Part shown: in pieces, positions 29,000-39,181 of the stretch
Numbering within the stretch: position 1 is the first letter of the stretch
How the letters are laid out: every line of letters starts with the position of its first letter
DNA from: Planctomycetota bacterium
GTDB lineage: Bacteria; Planctomycetota; B15-G4; JADJEK01
Length of the DNA stretch: 64,000 nucleotides
NCBI GenBank assembly: GCA_044225365.1
Contig: JBGAIQ010000021.1
Coordinates: 1 to 64,000, forward strand
Direction of reading: 5' to 3'
Notes under the pieces: model-generated
What the model saw: only the letters and a program-made list of their open reading frames with translations
Database searches by the model: none
Told to the model about the DNA's origin: nothing
Position numbers and translations under genes: made by a program

Positions 29000-30043
29000 T
29001 CAGTCATCGCGCCGAGAGAGGAACTCCTCGGCGAGGAGGCTGCTGAATTCGCGCGCGCCGGATTCCTTGAGATGAGCACCGTCGCTGTAGAAGGGAGACT
29101 TCCACAGAGAGGGGAAGCGGGAGAAGTCGTTCATCGGCATGAAATCCGGAAGGAGCCGCGCTTCCGCCGCGCGATACGCATCGGGAGTGGCCTCGGCGCT
29201 CGGGATCGCGACGTAATGCAGTGAGATGCCGGCGCGTTCCACGCGAGCGATCTGCCGCAACAACGCCGGCTCATTGAATGCGGCGAGGTCGCCCTCTTTC
29301 TTGTTCCGCCTTGCGATCCGTGGGGCGAGTTCTTCCTGCAGGCGACAGTGCGGGTCGGCGTAGCTCTTCTCGACGGCGCTTTGTGGGGAAGCATCATCGG
29401 GAATCGCCTGGAAGCCGAAGCGCGTGAGGATCTCGGCGGCGATTCGGTCGTCATTCGGGTGCGGAACGAACGCTCGATCCAGCACCGCCCCGATGGCGCC
29501 GTAGTTCGATGCGTTGGCCGCAAAGAGTCGCAGGTGCTGCGTCGCCAAGGAGACCTTCTCCTGCAGCGGCGCCCTCGATCTCGAGATGGTCGCGAGCACT
29601 TCGAACGTGCTTCGAAGATCGTGCCACCAGACAGCGCGCTCGCTGTTCGCCCAATTGTCGTCAGGGAAAGTGCCCCTGAACTCGGGGAACTCGACGAAGA
29701 GATGCCGGAGCCGATCGGAGTGGAGTTCGAGGATCTTCTCGACCACTCGAGCGGCCTCGTGCCCGCGCATTCCGGGAATGCCGAAGTTGAATGCGCGCAG
29801 TTCGCGTCCGCTCTTCGAGGCGACCGTCTTGCTGAAGGACGCGGGATCGAACCCCTTCAATACGCGGCTGCTCCCGACGAACACGACGTCGAATTCAGAG
29901 GCGTGCTTCTCGTAGTAAGCAAACTTGGGCGCGAGGAACGCGGAGTCGGGCAGCGGTCGCAACGTCGACAATGCGGCGGCGCTCGCCGCGAACGCCGCGG
30001 CGAACAGAGTGATGTTGCCAATCTCTCGAATCGACGGCATCAC
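29000..30043 (-). CDS. SGNH-like acyltransferase partner (AlgJ/DltD-like)
   Basis: N-terminal anchor; VVFVGSSR, FNFGIPG, DGAHL; adjacent to MBOAT. Confidence 0.75.
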   Translation of the reverse strand: MMPSIREIGNITLFAAAFAASAAALSTLRPLPDSAFLAPKFAYYEKHASEFDVVFVGSSRVLKGFDPASFSKTVASKSGRELRAFNFGIPGMRGHEAARVVEKILELHSDRLRHLFVEFPEFRGTFPDDNWANSERAVWWHDLRSTFEVLATISRSRAPLQEKVSLATQHLRLFAANASNYGAIGAVLDRAFVPHPNDDRIAAEILTRFGFQAIPDDASPQSAVEKSYADPHCRLQEELAPRIARRNKKEGDLAAFNEPALLRQIARVERAGISLHYVAIPSAEATPDAYRAAEARLLPDFMPMNDFSRFPSLWKSPFYSDGAHLKESGAREFSSLLAEEFLSRRDD

Positions 30044-31302
30044 AGCCCGGTCGTCACGCGGACGGCGTTCGAGAACGCGACTCCGCTCGTCGCGCCGGGA
30101 TCCGCGTGGACGAATTGCAAGTACGTGACGGTATCGAGAGGAACGTCGAGGGCGAGGGATCCCGTGATCGTCAGTTCGCCATGGGAGTCGGATGGCAGGC
30201 TCGCGACGCCGGCGATCATCGGAACGAGAGTTCCGCCGGCGAGGGGCAGGTTCGCTTTGTCGGGACCGTACACGACGATGAACTGTGTGGGCGCGGCAAC
30301 GCTCGCCTGTAGTTTCACGCTGAACGTCGTGCCGGGATCGAACGATCCATCGATCTCGAGCTTGGGCTCCACTCCGGCGGTGCCCGCTTTACCTTTTCCC
30401 AGATTGAGGGCTGTGTACATACTGACTCGATGCAAGGTCCATTCGGCGACGAATTCGAGTTGATCGGCCGCAGCTCCGATCGGCTTCTCGAGCGCAAGCG
30501 ACTTCGCAGCTATCGCAGGGAATCCCTGCAGCAGGTTGGCGTGCAGGTTCTTCATCATCGAGACATCGTGGGGATCGGTGACGGGTGGTGGATTCTCGTT
30601 CGTGCCGTAGCACGACGCGACCGGCGGCGTGAACGCTCTCGGAACATCGAGTACGTTCTCGGAGAACGACGCCTCGTCGAGAAGTAGTGGATCGACCTGG
30701 AAGAGGAAGTCCTTGCCGAAGAAGCTGCCCGGCCACCACGGCACCATCAATTTGAAGTTCGACAGTCCACTGAGATTGATGAACGCAACAGGACGCGTCG
30801 AGAATTGTTGTTCCGGCGTGCCGTTCGGATTCGCGTAATCGGTGCCGTATGCGAGTTTCCCGCCGATGATCGCTCCACCCGAAAGCCCCCAAACGATGAG
30901 TCGAGCGGGATCGATGGCGTAGGTGCCGGCGTGACTCTTGAAGTGCTGGACGGCGAATGCGGCGTCTTCGATCTGTGTCGGATAGATGAACAATGGATAG
31001 GGTCGGTACTCGATCGACATCACCGTGAAGCCATTGCGCAGCAGGTGATTCTTGATGATGAGATTCGTGCCGACGTTGACGTCGTCCTTGCTCCCGTTCG
31101 TGCCCTGCGCGCCGTGCAGGAAGACGGCGATCGGAGACGGGCCGATGACCGGAACGTCCGGGCCGTACCAATCGAAGACCTGGTCGGCGTGCAGGTTTGC
31201 ATACGGCAGATTCGCCGCGACGAGGCCTGCTTTGACGTCACGATCCGAGTGTGAAAGAAAGATCGCGAGAACGAGACATGCGAGTCGTACGCGAAAATGC
31301 AT
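30040..31302 (-). CDS. Secreted alpha/beta hydrolase (esterase) with shared C-terminal domain
   Basis: VFLHG, SIEYR, YPTQIEDAAFAVQ, WGLSGG nucleophile elbow. Confidence 0.82.
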   Translation of the reverse strand: MHFRVRLACLVLAIFLSHSDRDVKAGLVAANLPYANLHADQVFDWYGPDVPVIGPSPIAVFLHGAQGTNGSKDDVNVGTNLIIKNHLLRNGFTVMSIEYRPYPLFIYPTQIEDAAFAVQHFKSHAGTYAIDPARLIVWGLSGGAIIGGKLAYGTDYANPNGTPEQQFSTRPVAFINLSGLSNFKLMVPWWPGSFFGKDFLFQVDPLLLDEASFSENVLDVPRAFTPPVASCYGTNENPPPVTDPHDVSMMKNLHANLLQGFPAIAAKSLALEKPIGAAADQLEFVAEWTLHRVSMYTALNLGKGKAGTAGVEPKLEIDGSFDPGTTFSVKLQASVAAPTQFIVVYGPDKANLPLAGGTLVPMIAGVASLPSDSHGELTITGSLALDVPLDTVTYLQFVHADPGATSGVAFSNAVRVTTGL

Positions 31303-31544
31303 CGTCCATGGCTCCGTCGAGAACGGCCAGATCGTGGTTCGCACGGGACTCGCCCGGCTGCGAGGCTCACGTGCAGGGACGGAAGGGCACGCACATTGTC
31401 ACGAGCACGGCGGAGCCGGGCAAGGGCGATTCCCACCACGGATCGCCGAAACGGCCCAACGGCGCGTCGCGGGACGCGTAAGCGCTCTCGCAGTTCGATC
31501 CGTAGAACAAGGGTCGCCAGGTTCTTTCCGAAAGACGATTGCGA

Positions 31545-32510
31545 ATGGTGAACCTCCAGAACGTGTTCGCAGCATCCGTCCACCTCGGTCTGCTCGCTGT
31601 TCGCGGAATCGCGGACGACTCCGTTCCACCGCCGGACATCGCGGGCGTATGGCACGACACCATCAAGTCCGATCACTACATCGAATTCGGGGACGGACGC
31701 ATCAATGAGATTTGGCACGAGGAGCCGTACTTCGCGCGCGCCACCTTCGGCGACGGTTCGGCGAACCGCAAAGCGTACGGCGCGGCAGCGAGTGCACGAT
31801 GGACGCTGAAGCACGACGGCGACCATCTCCTGGTCCACGTCGAGAGCAAGAAAGGAGAGTCCAGCACCGACGGCAAGACCACCTTCGTCGACGCGGTCGA
31901 CGACTATGTCCTCGAGCGCAGCAAGGTGACGCCGGCATCCCTCGATCCGAAGCCCTATGCGTTGCTCAAGGCAAGGGAGTTGGACGCCGCCCGAATCCAG
32001 ACTTTGCAGGCCGAGATCAAGACGCGACGGGACAAGGATCAGGAGATTCGGCAATCGAAGAACCCGAAGCACGAGGACTTCGTCGTCGATGAGGACAACA
32101 CGAAGTGGCTCGTGAAGACGATCCTCGAAGTGGGGTGGATCGATGTCGACCGCTTCGGAAAGGAGGCGTCGAACTCGGCGTTCTTGCTCGTACAGCACAG
32201 TCCGGACCTTCGCCTGATGCTGACAGCGCTGCCCTTCATCGAGACGGACGTGAAGGCCAAGAAGCTCGACGCCCAGCCGTACTCGCTGCTCTACGACCGG
32301 CTCCAGCTTCGTCTTGGCTATCGCCAGCGCTATGGCACCCAGATCGGGGAGAACACGAAGGGTCAATTCGTCGTGAGCGCGCTCGAGGATCGCAAGAACG
32401 TGGAGCAGCTACGCAAGGACCTCGGACTCTTCCCGCTCGCTCAGTACTTCGACATGATCAGGAAGGCGTATGGCGAGAAGGAGATCGTCTTCGAAGACGA
32501 TGAGCCGTAG
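31545..32510 (+). CDS. DUF6624-like protein
   Basis: DQEIR...DEDNTKWL...GW...AFLLVQH...YSLLYDRL...QRYGTQ...VEQLRKDLGL. Confidence 0.8.
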   Translation: MVNLQNVFAASVHLGLLAVRGIADDSVPPPDIAGVWHDTIKSDHYIEFGDGRINEIWHEEPYFARATFGDGSANRKAYGAAASARWTLKHDGDHLLVHVESKKGESSTDGKTTFVDAVDDYVLERSKVTPASLDPKPYALLKARELDAARIQTLQAEIKTRRDKDQEIRQSKNPKHEDFVVDEDNTKWLVKTILEVGWIDVDRFGKEASNSAFLLVQHSPDLRLMLTALPFIETDVKAKKLDAQPYSLLYDRLQLRLGYRQRYGTQIGENTKGQFVVSALEDRKNVEQLRKDLGLFPLAQYFDMIRKAYGEKEIVFEDDEP

Positions 32511-32570
32511 TCGCGAGGCCGCCCGGCGCGACGCGCAACTCGCTCTCGTCCGATCGGAGCGATGGAACGG

Positions 32571-32576
32571 TTGACA
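32571..32576 (+). promoter_or_regulatory. Consensus -35 element upstream of tRNA-Ser
   Basis: TTGACA ~60 nt upstream; -10 not clearly consensus. Confidence 0.4.
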
Positions 32577-32634
32577 GTTCGCGCCCCCCTCGGTCAAGTA
32601 TCCCCCTTCGCGCGACCGCTGCCGAACGCCGAAC

Positions 32635-32727
32635 GGAGAGGTGGCAGAGTGGTCGATCGCGGCAGCTTGCTAAGCTGTTGAGTTGGTTTTACCGGCTCCG
32701 GGGGTTCAAATCCCCCCCTCTCCGCCA
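32635..32727 (+). tRNA. tRNA-Ser (GCT)
   Basis: GGAGAGG/CCTCTCC acceptor, TGGCAGAGTGGTCGATCGC D arm, GCAGC-TTGCTAA-GCTGT, long variable arm, GTTCAAATC, GCCA. Confidence 0.97.
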
Positions 32728-32733
32728 AACTCA

Positions 32734-32784
32734 TCGCGCGGCCGCTTTCGATGCATCGCACGGAAGCGGCCGCGCGAGTCTTTT
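32734..32784 (+). terminator. Intrinsic terminator after tRNA
   Basis: TCGCGCGGCCGCTT...AAGCGGCCGCGCGA then GTCTTTT. Confidence 0.7.
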
Positions 32785-32840
32785 CTGACGTTCGAACTCG
32801 CGCTCTCCGGACGCCGCGAGGGTCGCTATTCTGGCCGCTC

Positions 32841-33263
32841 ATGCGCACGCATCGTCTTCCTACTCGTTCATTGCCGATCGTCCTCGCGACCCTCTCGCTC
32901 TTGCAGACCGCCTGCGTCGAACGCGAGATGACGATCCGCTCCGTTCCACCGGAAGCGGACCTCTTCATCGACGGCAATCGGGTGGGCAAGACCCCGGCAA
33001 CGCTTCCCTTCGACGAATATGGCGTGCGGGAGATCGTCCTGCGCAAGCCGGGGTACCACGTATCGCGTCGCCTCGTGGAGATGGAGGAGCCGTACTTCCA
33101 GCAGTTCCCGAAGGACTTCTATTACGAAGTGCTGACCAAGGATCTGTACCTCGACCATCGTGAGTACCAGTTCGTGCTCGAACCCAACACGCCGGCCGAT
33201 CTCGACGAGGCCACGATCAAAGAACAGACGATGAAGCAGGCGGACGAACTGCGGAAGCGGTGA
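32841..33263 (+). CDS. PEGA-domain lipoprotein
   Basis: LLQTA-C; TIRSVPPEADLFIDGNRVGKTP...IVLRKPGY. Confidence 0.85.
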   Translation: MRTHRLPTRSLPIVLATLSLLQTACVEREMTIRSVPPEADLFIDGNRVGKTPATLPFDEYGVREIVLRKPGYHVSRRLVEMEEPYFQQFPKDFYYEVLTKDLYLDHREYQFVLEPNTPADLDEATIKEQTMKQADELRKR

Positions 33264-33276
33264 GGGGCGCTTCCCG

Positions 33277-34677
33277 ATGCGGGCGCCGAGTTATTCGTTT
33301 CCGTCCGACGACGAGATCCGTGGCAGGAAGGTCGTGGTCCTCGGGCTCGGGCTCTACCACGGCGGCGCTGCGGTCTGTCGTTTCCTGCATCGCCTCGGTT
33401 GCGAGATCGTGGTCACCGATCTGCGCGACGCCATCACCCTCGAATCGTCGCTGCGCGAGATCGAAGGGATTCCGTGTGAACTCGCGCTCGGTGGCCATCG
33501 CAGTTCCGATCTCGATTCCGCGGCGTTCGTTGTCGTCAATCCTGCGATTCCCGCGAACGCACCGTTCCTGCTCGAAGCCATTGCGCGCGGCATCCCGCTC
33601 ATCTCCGAGGTGGGACTCTTCTTCTCGCGCCTCTTGGCACGCTTCGTCCTCATCACGGGTTCGAAGGGAAAGACGACGACGACCTCGCTGCTCCATTCGA
33701 TGGCGTACCGGCACGATTCACGCACGATCGTGGGTGGCAATATCGGAACCCCGTTGCTCGATCGGGTGCACGCCATCGAGCCCGACGCGACGGTGATCTT
33801 CGAGATCTCCTCGTTCCAGCTCGAGCAGCTCCGCGGGCTTTCGAGGAGGCCGGACGTTGCCATCCTCACCAACGTGTTCCCCGTCCACATCGATCGCCAC
33901 GGGACGTTTCAGGACTATCGCGAGGCGAAGCGCGAGGTGCTCGAAGGTGCGAAATGCGCCGTTCTGAACGCGGACGACCTCGAATCGAGGAGCCTCGGCG
34001 AAGCGTTCCAGGGCCGCAAGGTGTACTTCTCGACGAGCAGCGGCGGAGAGGTTCCGCGAGAAACGTATCGATTCCTCGGCGACACGCTCGTCGCGGCGGA
34101 CGGCGCGACGCTCCTGCGTCGAATGGACCTCCGGGTGCCGGGACTCCACAACGTCGCGAACGTGCTCGCGGCCTTCGCCGCCGCCGATCTTCTTGGCATC
34201 CCGCGCGAGGCCTCGCGGGACGCGGCCGCCGATTTCCGTGGGGTGGAGCATCGCCTCGAACTCGTCGTCGAGCGGGATGGAATCCGCTACGTGAACGACT
34301 CGATCGCGACGACTCCGCAATCGGCGATCGCGGCCCTCGAAGCCCTCGCGGTCGATGGAACCGGCGTCGTGCTGATCGTCGGCGGCAAGGACTCACCGTT
34401 CGATTTGTCGAAGCTCGCCGAGGTCGTCGTGGCGAAGGCGAAAGCCGTGTTCGGAATCGGTGAGACCGGCGAGAGAGTGGTGGCGGCGATCCGGGAGCGG
34501 GAGGCGGGTTTTCCCGCGTGCTTCGTGTCCGATCTGGAGTCGGCCATGAAGGCCGCGCGCGGTGCGGCCCGCGCGGGAGACGTGGTCGTCTTGTCGCCCG
34601 CTTTTCCGTCCTTCGATCAGTTCAAGAACTTCAAGGATCGCGGCGAGAGCTTCAAACGGCTGGCACGCGGCGCGTAG
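33277..34677 (+). CDS. murD: UDP-N-acetylmuramoyl-L-alanine--D-glutamate ligase
   Basis: VVVLGLG, ITGSKGKTTT, GGNIG, EISSFQL, HIDRH, EHRLE, VNDSIAT, LSPAFPSFDQFKNFKDRG. Confidence 0.95.
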   Translation: MRAPSYSFPSDDEIRGRKVVVLGLGLYHGGAAVCRFLHRLGCEIVVTDLRDAITLESSLREIEGIPCELALGGHRSSDLDSAAFVVVNPAIPANAPFLLEAIARGIPLISEVGLFFSRLLARFVLITGSKGKTTTTSLLHSMAYRHDSRTIVGGNIGTPLLDRVHAIEPDATVIFEISSFQLEQLRGLSRRPDVAILTNVFPVHIDRHGTFQDYREAKREVLEGAKCAVLNADDLESRSLGEAFQGRKVYFSTSSGGEVPRETYRFLGDTLVAADGATLLRRMDLRVPGLHNVANVLAAFAAADLLGIPREASRDAAADFRGVEHRLELVVERDGIRYVNDSIATTPQSAIAALEALAVDGTGVVLIVGGKDSPFDLSKLAEVVVAKAKAVFGIGETGERVVAAIREREAGFPACFVSDLESAMKAARGAARAGDVVVLSPAFPSFDQFKNFKDRGESFKRLARGA

Positions 34678-34840
34678 AACGGGTATTTCCAGCGAAGATC
34701 CCGGCGTTGCGTGGGCGTCCTGTTCGCGTAGCATTGAGATCAAGATCGCCGAGGACGTGGCTCGATATCTCGGTGATCGAGTGGCATCTTCCGACTCGAA
34801 CGCGCAGGCGCTCGTTTTCATCACGAACGAGACGCGACGT

Positions 34841-35407
34841 ATGAGCAACATCTGTCAACACTGCAAGCAGCACCGCGCGACGGTTCATCTCACGGAGATC
34901 GACCCGGACAGCAACGAGCCGCACGAGATGCACTTGTGCGAGGGGTGCGCGCGTGAGACGGGCGCCATCGTTCCGCTCCAGGGCCCTCTGCTCTCGACGG
35001 CCGCGACGGTCGCGACGCTCGCGTCGAGCCTGCTCTCGGGCGCTGCGGAGAAGGTCGAAGGCAAGCGTGGCGGAGCGCGGCGCGTCACCTGCGCCCAATG
35101 TGGAATGAGCTACCAGGAATTCCGTGTGAAGGGCCGCTTCGGCTGCGCGAAGTGCTACGACGCCTTCGAAGACGGCCTCGTCACGCTGCTCGAGAAGGTC
35201 CACGGCTCGAGTCAATACGTCGGCGAGTATCCGCAAGGCGTCCTGAAGACAGAGCGCACCAACGCGGCGATCGAGCAGGAGCTCATGGACCTGCGACGAC
35301 GCCTCACCCTCGTGATCAAGAACGAGGAGTACGAGGAAGCCGCGCGCGTCCGCGACCGCATCCAGGAGCTCGAGAAGCTCCAGACCGGGCGGGCGAGCGA
35401 TGCCTGA
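34841..35407 (+). CDS. mcsA: Protein arginine kinase activator McsA
   Basis: Four CxxC (CQHC, CEGC, CAQC, CAKC) and UVR motif EEYEEAARVRDRI. Confidence 0.92.
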   Translation: MSNICQHCKQHRATVHLTEIDPDSNEPHEMHLCEGCARETGAIVPLQGPLLSTAATVATLASSLLSGAAEKVEGKRGGARRVTCAQCGMSYQEFRVKGRFGCAKCYDAFEDGLVTLLEKVHGSSQYVGEYPQGVLKTERTNAAIEQELMDLRRRLTLVIKNEEYEEAARVRDRIQELEKLQTGRASDA

Positions 35408-36452
35408 CGAGATCCCGAAGGTCCGGCTCGGACGCTGGCTCGAAGGATCGGGTCCAGATTCCGACGTCGTCGTGTCGGCCCGGATTCGCGTCGCGCGGAA
35501 CGTTCAGGGCTTTCCGCTGAAGGCGCGTCTCACGGAAACCGACGAGCGCGCGCTGTGCGATCACCTCGAAGGGAAGCTGGCGGAATCCTCCCTCGCCAAG
35601 CGTCTCGAAGTCGTGCGGCTCGACCAGATCGACCCGATTGCGCGACTCGTCCTCGTCGAGCGTCACGTCATCAGTCTCGAGCATGCGAACGCGACAGGTC
35701 GTCGTAGTGTGGCGAAGGATTCAGAAGAATCCGTCGCGGTGATGTTGAACGAAGAAGATCACCTCCGGATCCAGGTGATCGGCGCCGGACAGCGAGTCGA
35801 CGGGTGCTTCGAGGAAGCTCTGAGGCTCCACGACGAATTCGCGACCGTGCTTCCGTTCATGTTCCATTCGCGATTCGGGTACCTCACGTCGTGTCCCACC
35901 AACGTGGGAACCGGGATGCGAATCTCGGTGATGCTGCATCTCCCGGCGCTCGTCTTCACGAAGCAGATCGACAAGTTCTTCAACGCCGTGGCGAAGATGA
36001 ACCTCGCCGTACGCGGCTTTTACGGCGAAGGCACGAAGGCGCTGTCGGATTTCTACCAGGTGTCGAACCAGGTCACGCTCGGCAAGAGTCCCGCGGCGCT
36101 CCTCGACTCCGTGAAACAGATCCTCCCGAAGATCGTCGAGTTCGAGCGGGCCGTGCGCAAGCAGCTCCTCGAGTCGGATCGGGTGATGATGGAAGACCGA
36201 CTCTGGCGCGCCTACGGCACGTTGAAGCACGCTCGCTCGATCTCGAGCGAGGAGGCATTCGAATTGCTGTCGTTTGCGAGGATGGGCGTGCATGCGCATG
36301 TCTATCCCGATCTCGACATCCAGAAGATCAATCAACTGTTCATGCTGGTTCAGCCGGGCCACCTTCAGACGCTGCACGGCGGCTCTTCGCTGGAACCGAG
36401 CAAACGCGACATCCTGCGTGCGGCGTGTATCCGGCAGTCGCTCGGGTCCTGA
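35400..36452 (+). CDS. mcsB: Protein arginine kinase McsB
   Basis: SARIRVARN, NEEDHLRIQ, GYLTSCPTNVGTGMRISVMLHLP, YQVSNQVTLG. Confidence 0.95.
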   Translation: MPDEIPKVRLGRWLEGSGPDSDVVVSARIRVARNVQGFPLKARLTETDERALCDHLEGKLAESSLAKRLEVVRLDQIDPIARLVLVERHVISLEHANATGRRSVAKDSEESVAVMLNEEDHLRIQVIGAGQRVDGCFEEALRLHDEFATVLPFMFHSRFGYLTSCPTNVGTGMRISVMLHLPALVFTKQIDKFFNAVAKMNLAVRGFYGEGTKALSDFYQVSNQVTLGKSPAALLDSVKQILPKIVEFERAVRKQLLESDRVMMEDRLWRAYGTLKHARSISSEEAFELLSFARMGVHAHVYPDLDIQKINQLFMLVQPGHLQTLHGGSSLEPSKRDILRAACIRQSLGS

Positions 36453-36593
36453 ATCGGAGGGTCTGGCTTTCGCGTCGGCGGTGTCCAGAATTCCTCACGA
36501 AAGCGAAGAGCAACGGCCGAAACGAGATCTACCGTTCGATCCGCAGCCGCCTAGAGTGGCTCTGGCAGTTTTGCGCACCTGAGGTGAGAGTCC

Positions 36594-39110
36594 ATGTTTG
36601 ATCGCTTTACCGACCGCGCTCGCAAGGTGATGAATCTCGCCAAGCAGGAAGCGCAGCGACTGAACCACGAGTACATCGGGACCGAGCACATCCTCCTGGG
36701 ACTGATCCAGGAAGGCAGTGGTGTCGCGGCGTCCGTGCTGAAGAACCTCGGGGTCGATCTGAAGAAGATCCGCAACGAGATCGAGAAGATCGTGAAGGGT
36801 AGCCCCACGATGGTCTCGATGAGCACGCTGCCCTTCACCCCGCGAGCCAAGAAGGTGCTCGAGCTCGCGCTCGAGGAAGCCTCCCAGCTCGGTCACAACT
36901 ACATCGGCACCGAACACCTCCTCCTCGGCCTCATCAAGGAGAACGAGGGCATCGCGGCGCGCGTCCTCACCAACCTCGGCGTCAAGCTCGAAGAGGTTCG
37001 TGAAGAAGTGCTCGAGTTCCTCGGTGCGGACGTTCAGCAGGAGACCGAAGAGGAAGAGCCGACGAGCATCACGGGCGGCGCTCCGCAGGCCGGCCAGCAG
37101 GAGCAGGGACCCAAGTCGAAGACGCCCGCGCTCAATGCCTTCGGCCGCGACCTCACGCAGCTCGCGCGCGAGAACAAGCTCGACCCCGTGATCGGCCGCG
37201 CGAACGAGATCGAGCGCGTGATCCAGATCCTCTCGCGCCGCACGAAGAACAACCCCGTCCTCCTCGGCGAAGCGGGCGTCGGCAAGACGGCGATCGTCGA
37301 AGGCCTCGCGCAGAACATCGTGAAGGGCCAGGTGCCCGAGCTGCTGCGCGACAAGCGGATCGTCGTGCTCGACCTCGCGATGATGGTCGCCGGTACGAAG
37401 TACCGAGGTCAGTTCGAAGAGCGCATCAAGGCGGTCATGACCGAAGTTCGCCGCGCGCGCAACATCATCCTCTTCATCGACGAGCTCCACACGCTCGTCG
37501 GAGCCGGCGGCGCGGAGGGCGCGATCGACGCGTCCAACGTGCTGAAGCCCGCACTTGCTCGCGGCGAGGTGCAGTGCATCGGCGCGACGACCCTCGACGA
37601 GTTCCGCAAGTACATCGAGAAGGATGGCGCCCTCGAGCGCCGTTTCCAGACGATCATCGTCGAACCACCCGATCGCGATCAGGCGATCGAGATCCTGAAG
37701 GGTCTGCGCGACAAGTACGAAGCGCATCACCGCGTTCAGATCACCGACGGCGCGCTCGAACTCGCGGTCGAGCTCAGCAATCGCTACATCACGGGCCGCT
37801 TCCTGCCGGACAAGGCGATCGACGTCATCGACGAAGCGGGCGCGCGCGTTCGCCTGAAGGCGCTGACGCAGCCGCCCGATCTCAAGGATCTCGAGGCCGA
37901 CATCAGCAAGCTCGAGAAGGACAAGGAAGAGGCGGTCGCGTCGCAGGACTTCGAGAAGGCCGCGTCGATGCGCGATCAGGCCGAGAAGCTCCGCAACAAG
38001 CGCGACCAGATCCTCAAGGAATGGCGCAGCTCGAGCAAGGAAGTCGACGGCACGGTCGACGAGGACGTCATCAGCGAGACCGTTTCGAAGATCACGGGGA
38101 TCCCGCTGCAGCGCCTCGGCAAGGACGAGGCCGAACGGCTCCTCCGCATGGAGAAGGTGCTCCACGAGAACGTCGTGTCGCAGGACTCGGCGATCGCGGT
38201 GATCGCGAAGGCCGTTCGTCGGTCGCGGTCGGGGCTGAAGGATCCGCGACGACCGATGGGTTCGTTCCTGTTCCTCGGTCCGACGGGCGTCGGCAAGACG
38301 CACCTCGCGAAGCAACTCGCGAAGTTCCTCTTCGGTTCGCAGGACGCCCTCATCCAGGTCGACATGTCCGAGTACATGGAGAAGCACAACGTCAGCCGCC
38401 TCGTCGGCGCGCCTCCGGGCTACGTGGGCTTCGAAGAGGGCGGCCAGCTCACCGAGAAGGTGCGTCGCCGTCCGTACGCGGTCGTGCTCCTCGACGAGAT
38501 CGAGAAGGCTCACCCCGACGTCTACAACATGCTGCTTCAGATCATGGAAGAAGGCTGCCTGACCGACTCGTTCGGCCGGCGCGTCGACTTCAAGAACGTG
38601 ATCCTGATCCTCACGTCGAACATCGGCGCGAGCATCATCAAGAACCAGACCTCGCTTGGGTTCGTGAAGGCCTCCGACCAGAAGAACTACGAACGCATGC
38701 GTTCGAACCTGATGGTCGAGGTCGAGAAGTACTTCCGCCCCGAGTTCCTGAATCGCCTCGACGAAGTCATCGTCTTCGAGCCGCTCGCCGACATCCACAT
38801 GAAGCAGATCCTCGGGATCCAGTTGAAGGATCTCCGCGATCGCCTGAAGTCGAAGGAGATGACGCTCGAGCTGAGCGCCGAAGCCGAGAAGTTCGTGATC
38901 GACCAAGGCACGAATCTCGACTACGGAGCGCGTCCACTCCGCCGCTCGGTCGAACGCCTGATCGAAGACCCGCTCTCGGAAGAGATCCTGAAGGGCAACT
39001 TCGAGGACGGTGCGCAGATCGTCGTCACCGTCGTCGAGGACAAGCTGCACTTCGAGTCGGGCAGCGACAGCAAGGGCAAGAAGTCGGAGCCCGTCGGCAC
39101 GACGACCTGA
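36594..39110 (+). CDS. clpC: ATP-dependent Clp protease ATPase ClpC
   Basis: [12 protein letters not shown], two Walker A ([16 protein letters not shown]), UVR middle domain, LGF loop. Confidence 0.97.
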   Translation: MFDRFTDRARKVMNLAKQEAQRLNHEYIGTEHILLGLIQEGSGVAASVLKNLGVDLKKIRNEIEKIVKGSPTMVSMSTLPFTPRAKKVLELALEEASQLGHNYIGTEHLLLGLIKENEGIAARVLTNLGVKLEEVREEVLEFLGADVQQETEEEEPTSITGGAPQAGQQEQGPKSKTPALNAFGRDLTQLARENKLDPVIGRANEIERVIQILSRRTKNNPVLLGEAGVGKTAIVEGLAQNIVKGQVPELLRDKRIVVLDLAMMVAGTKYRGQFEERIKAVMTEVRRARNIILFIDELHTLVGAGGAEGAIDASNVLKPALARGEVQCIGATTLDEFRKYIEKDGALERRFQTIIVEPPDRDQAIEILKGLRDKYEAHHRVQITDGALELAVELSNRYITGRFLPDKAIDVIDEAGARVRLKALTQPPDLKDLEADISKLEKDKEEAVASQDFEKAASMRDQAEKLRNKRDQILKEWRSSSKEVDGTVDEDVISETVSKITGIPLQRLGKDEAERLLRMEKVLHENVVSQDSAIAVIAKAVRRSRSGLKDPRRPMGSFLFLGPTGVGKTHLAKQLAKFLFGSQDALIQVDMSEYMEKHNVSRLVGAPPGYVGFEEGGQLTEKVRRRPYAVVLLDEIEKAHPDVYNMLLQIMEEGCLTDSFGRRVDFKNVILILTSNIGASIIKNQTSLGFVKASDQKNYERMRSNLMVEVEKYFRPEFLNRLDEVIVFEPLADIHMKQILGIQLKDLRDRLKSKEMTLELSAEAEKFVIDQGTNLDYGARPLRRSVERLIEDPLSEEILKGNFEDGAQIVVTVVEDKLHFESGSDSKGKKSEPVGTTT

Positions 39111-39141
39111 ATCGTTCGCGATTCCCCCGCCTGATCGAGAG

Positions 39142-39175
39142 GGCTGACGCCGAAACCACGGCGCCAGCCTTCTTC
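39142..39175 (+). terminator. Hairpin terminator between convergent genes
   Basis: GGCTGACGCCG-AAACCA-CGGCGCCAGCC-TTCTTC. Confidence 0.55.
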
Positions 39176-39181
39176 ACTGCA

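Noticed and set aside
1382-32727. tRNA fragment and tRNA-Ser(GCT) as a direct-repeat pair bounding a 31-kb island
   Set aside because: They share only the ~19-bp T-arm region; anticodon and acceptor sequences differ, and the order is wrong for a 3'-end duplication.
36495-39050. 851-aa antisense ORF over clpC (likewise 42815..45097, 51923..54043, 12520..14655)
   Set aside because: Typical stop-poor antisense frames of GC3-biased genes.
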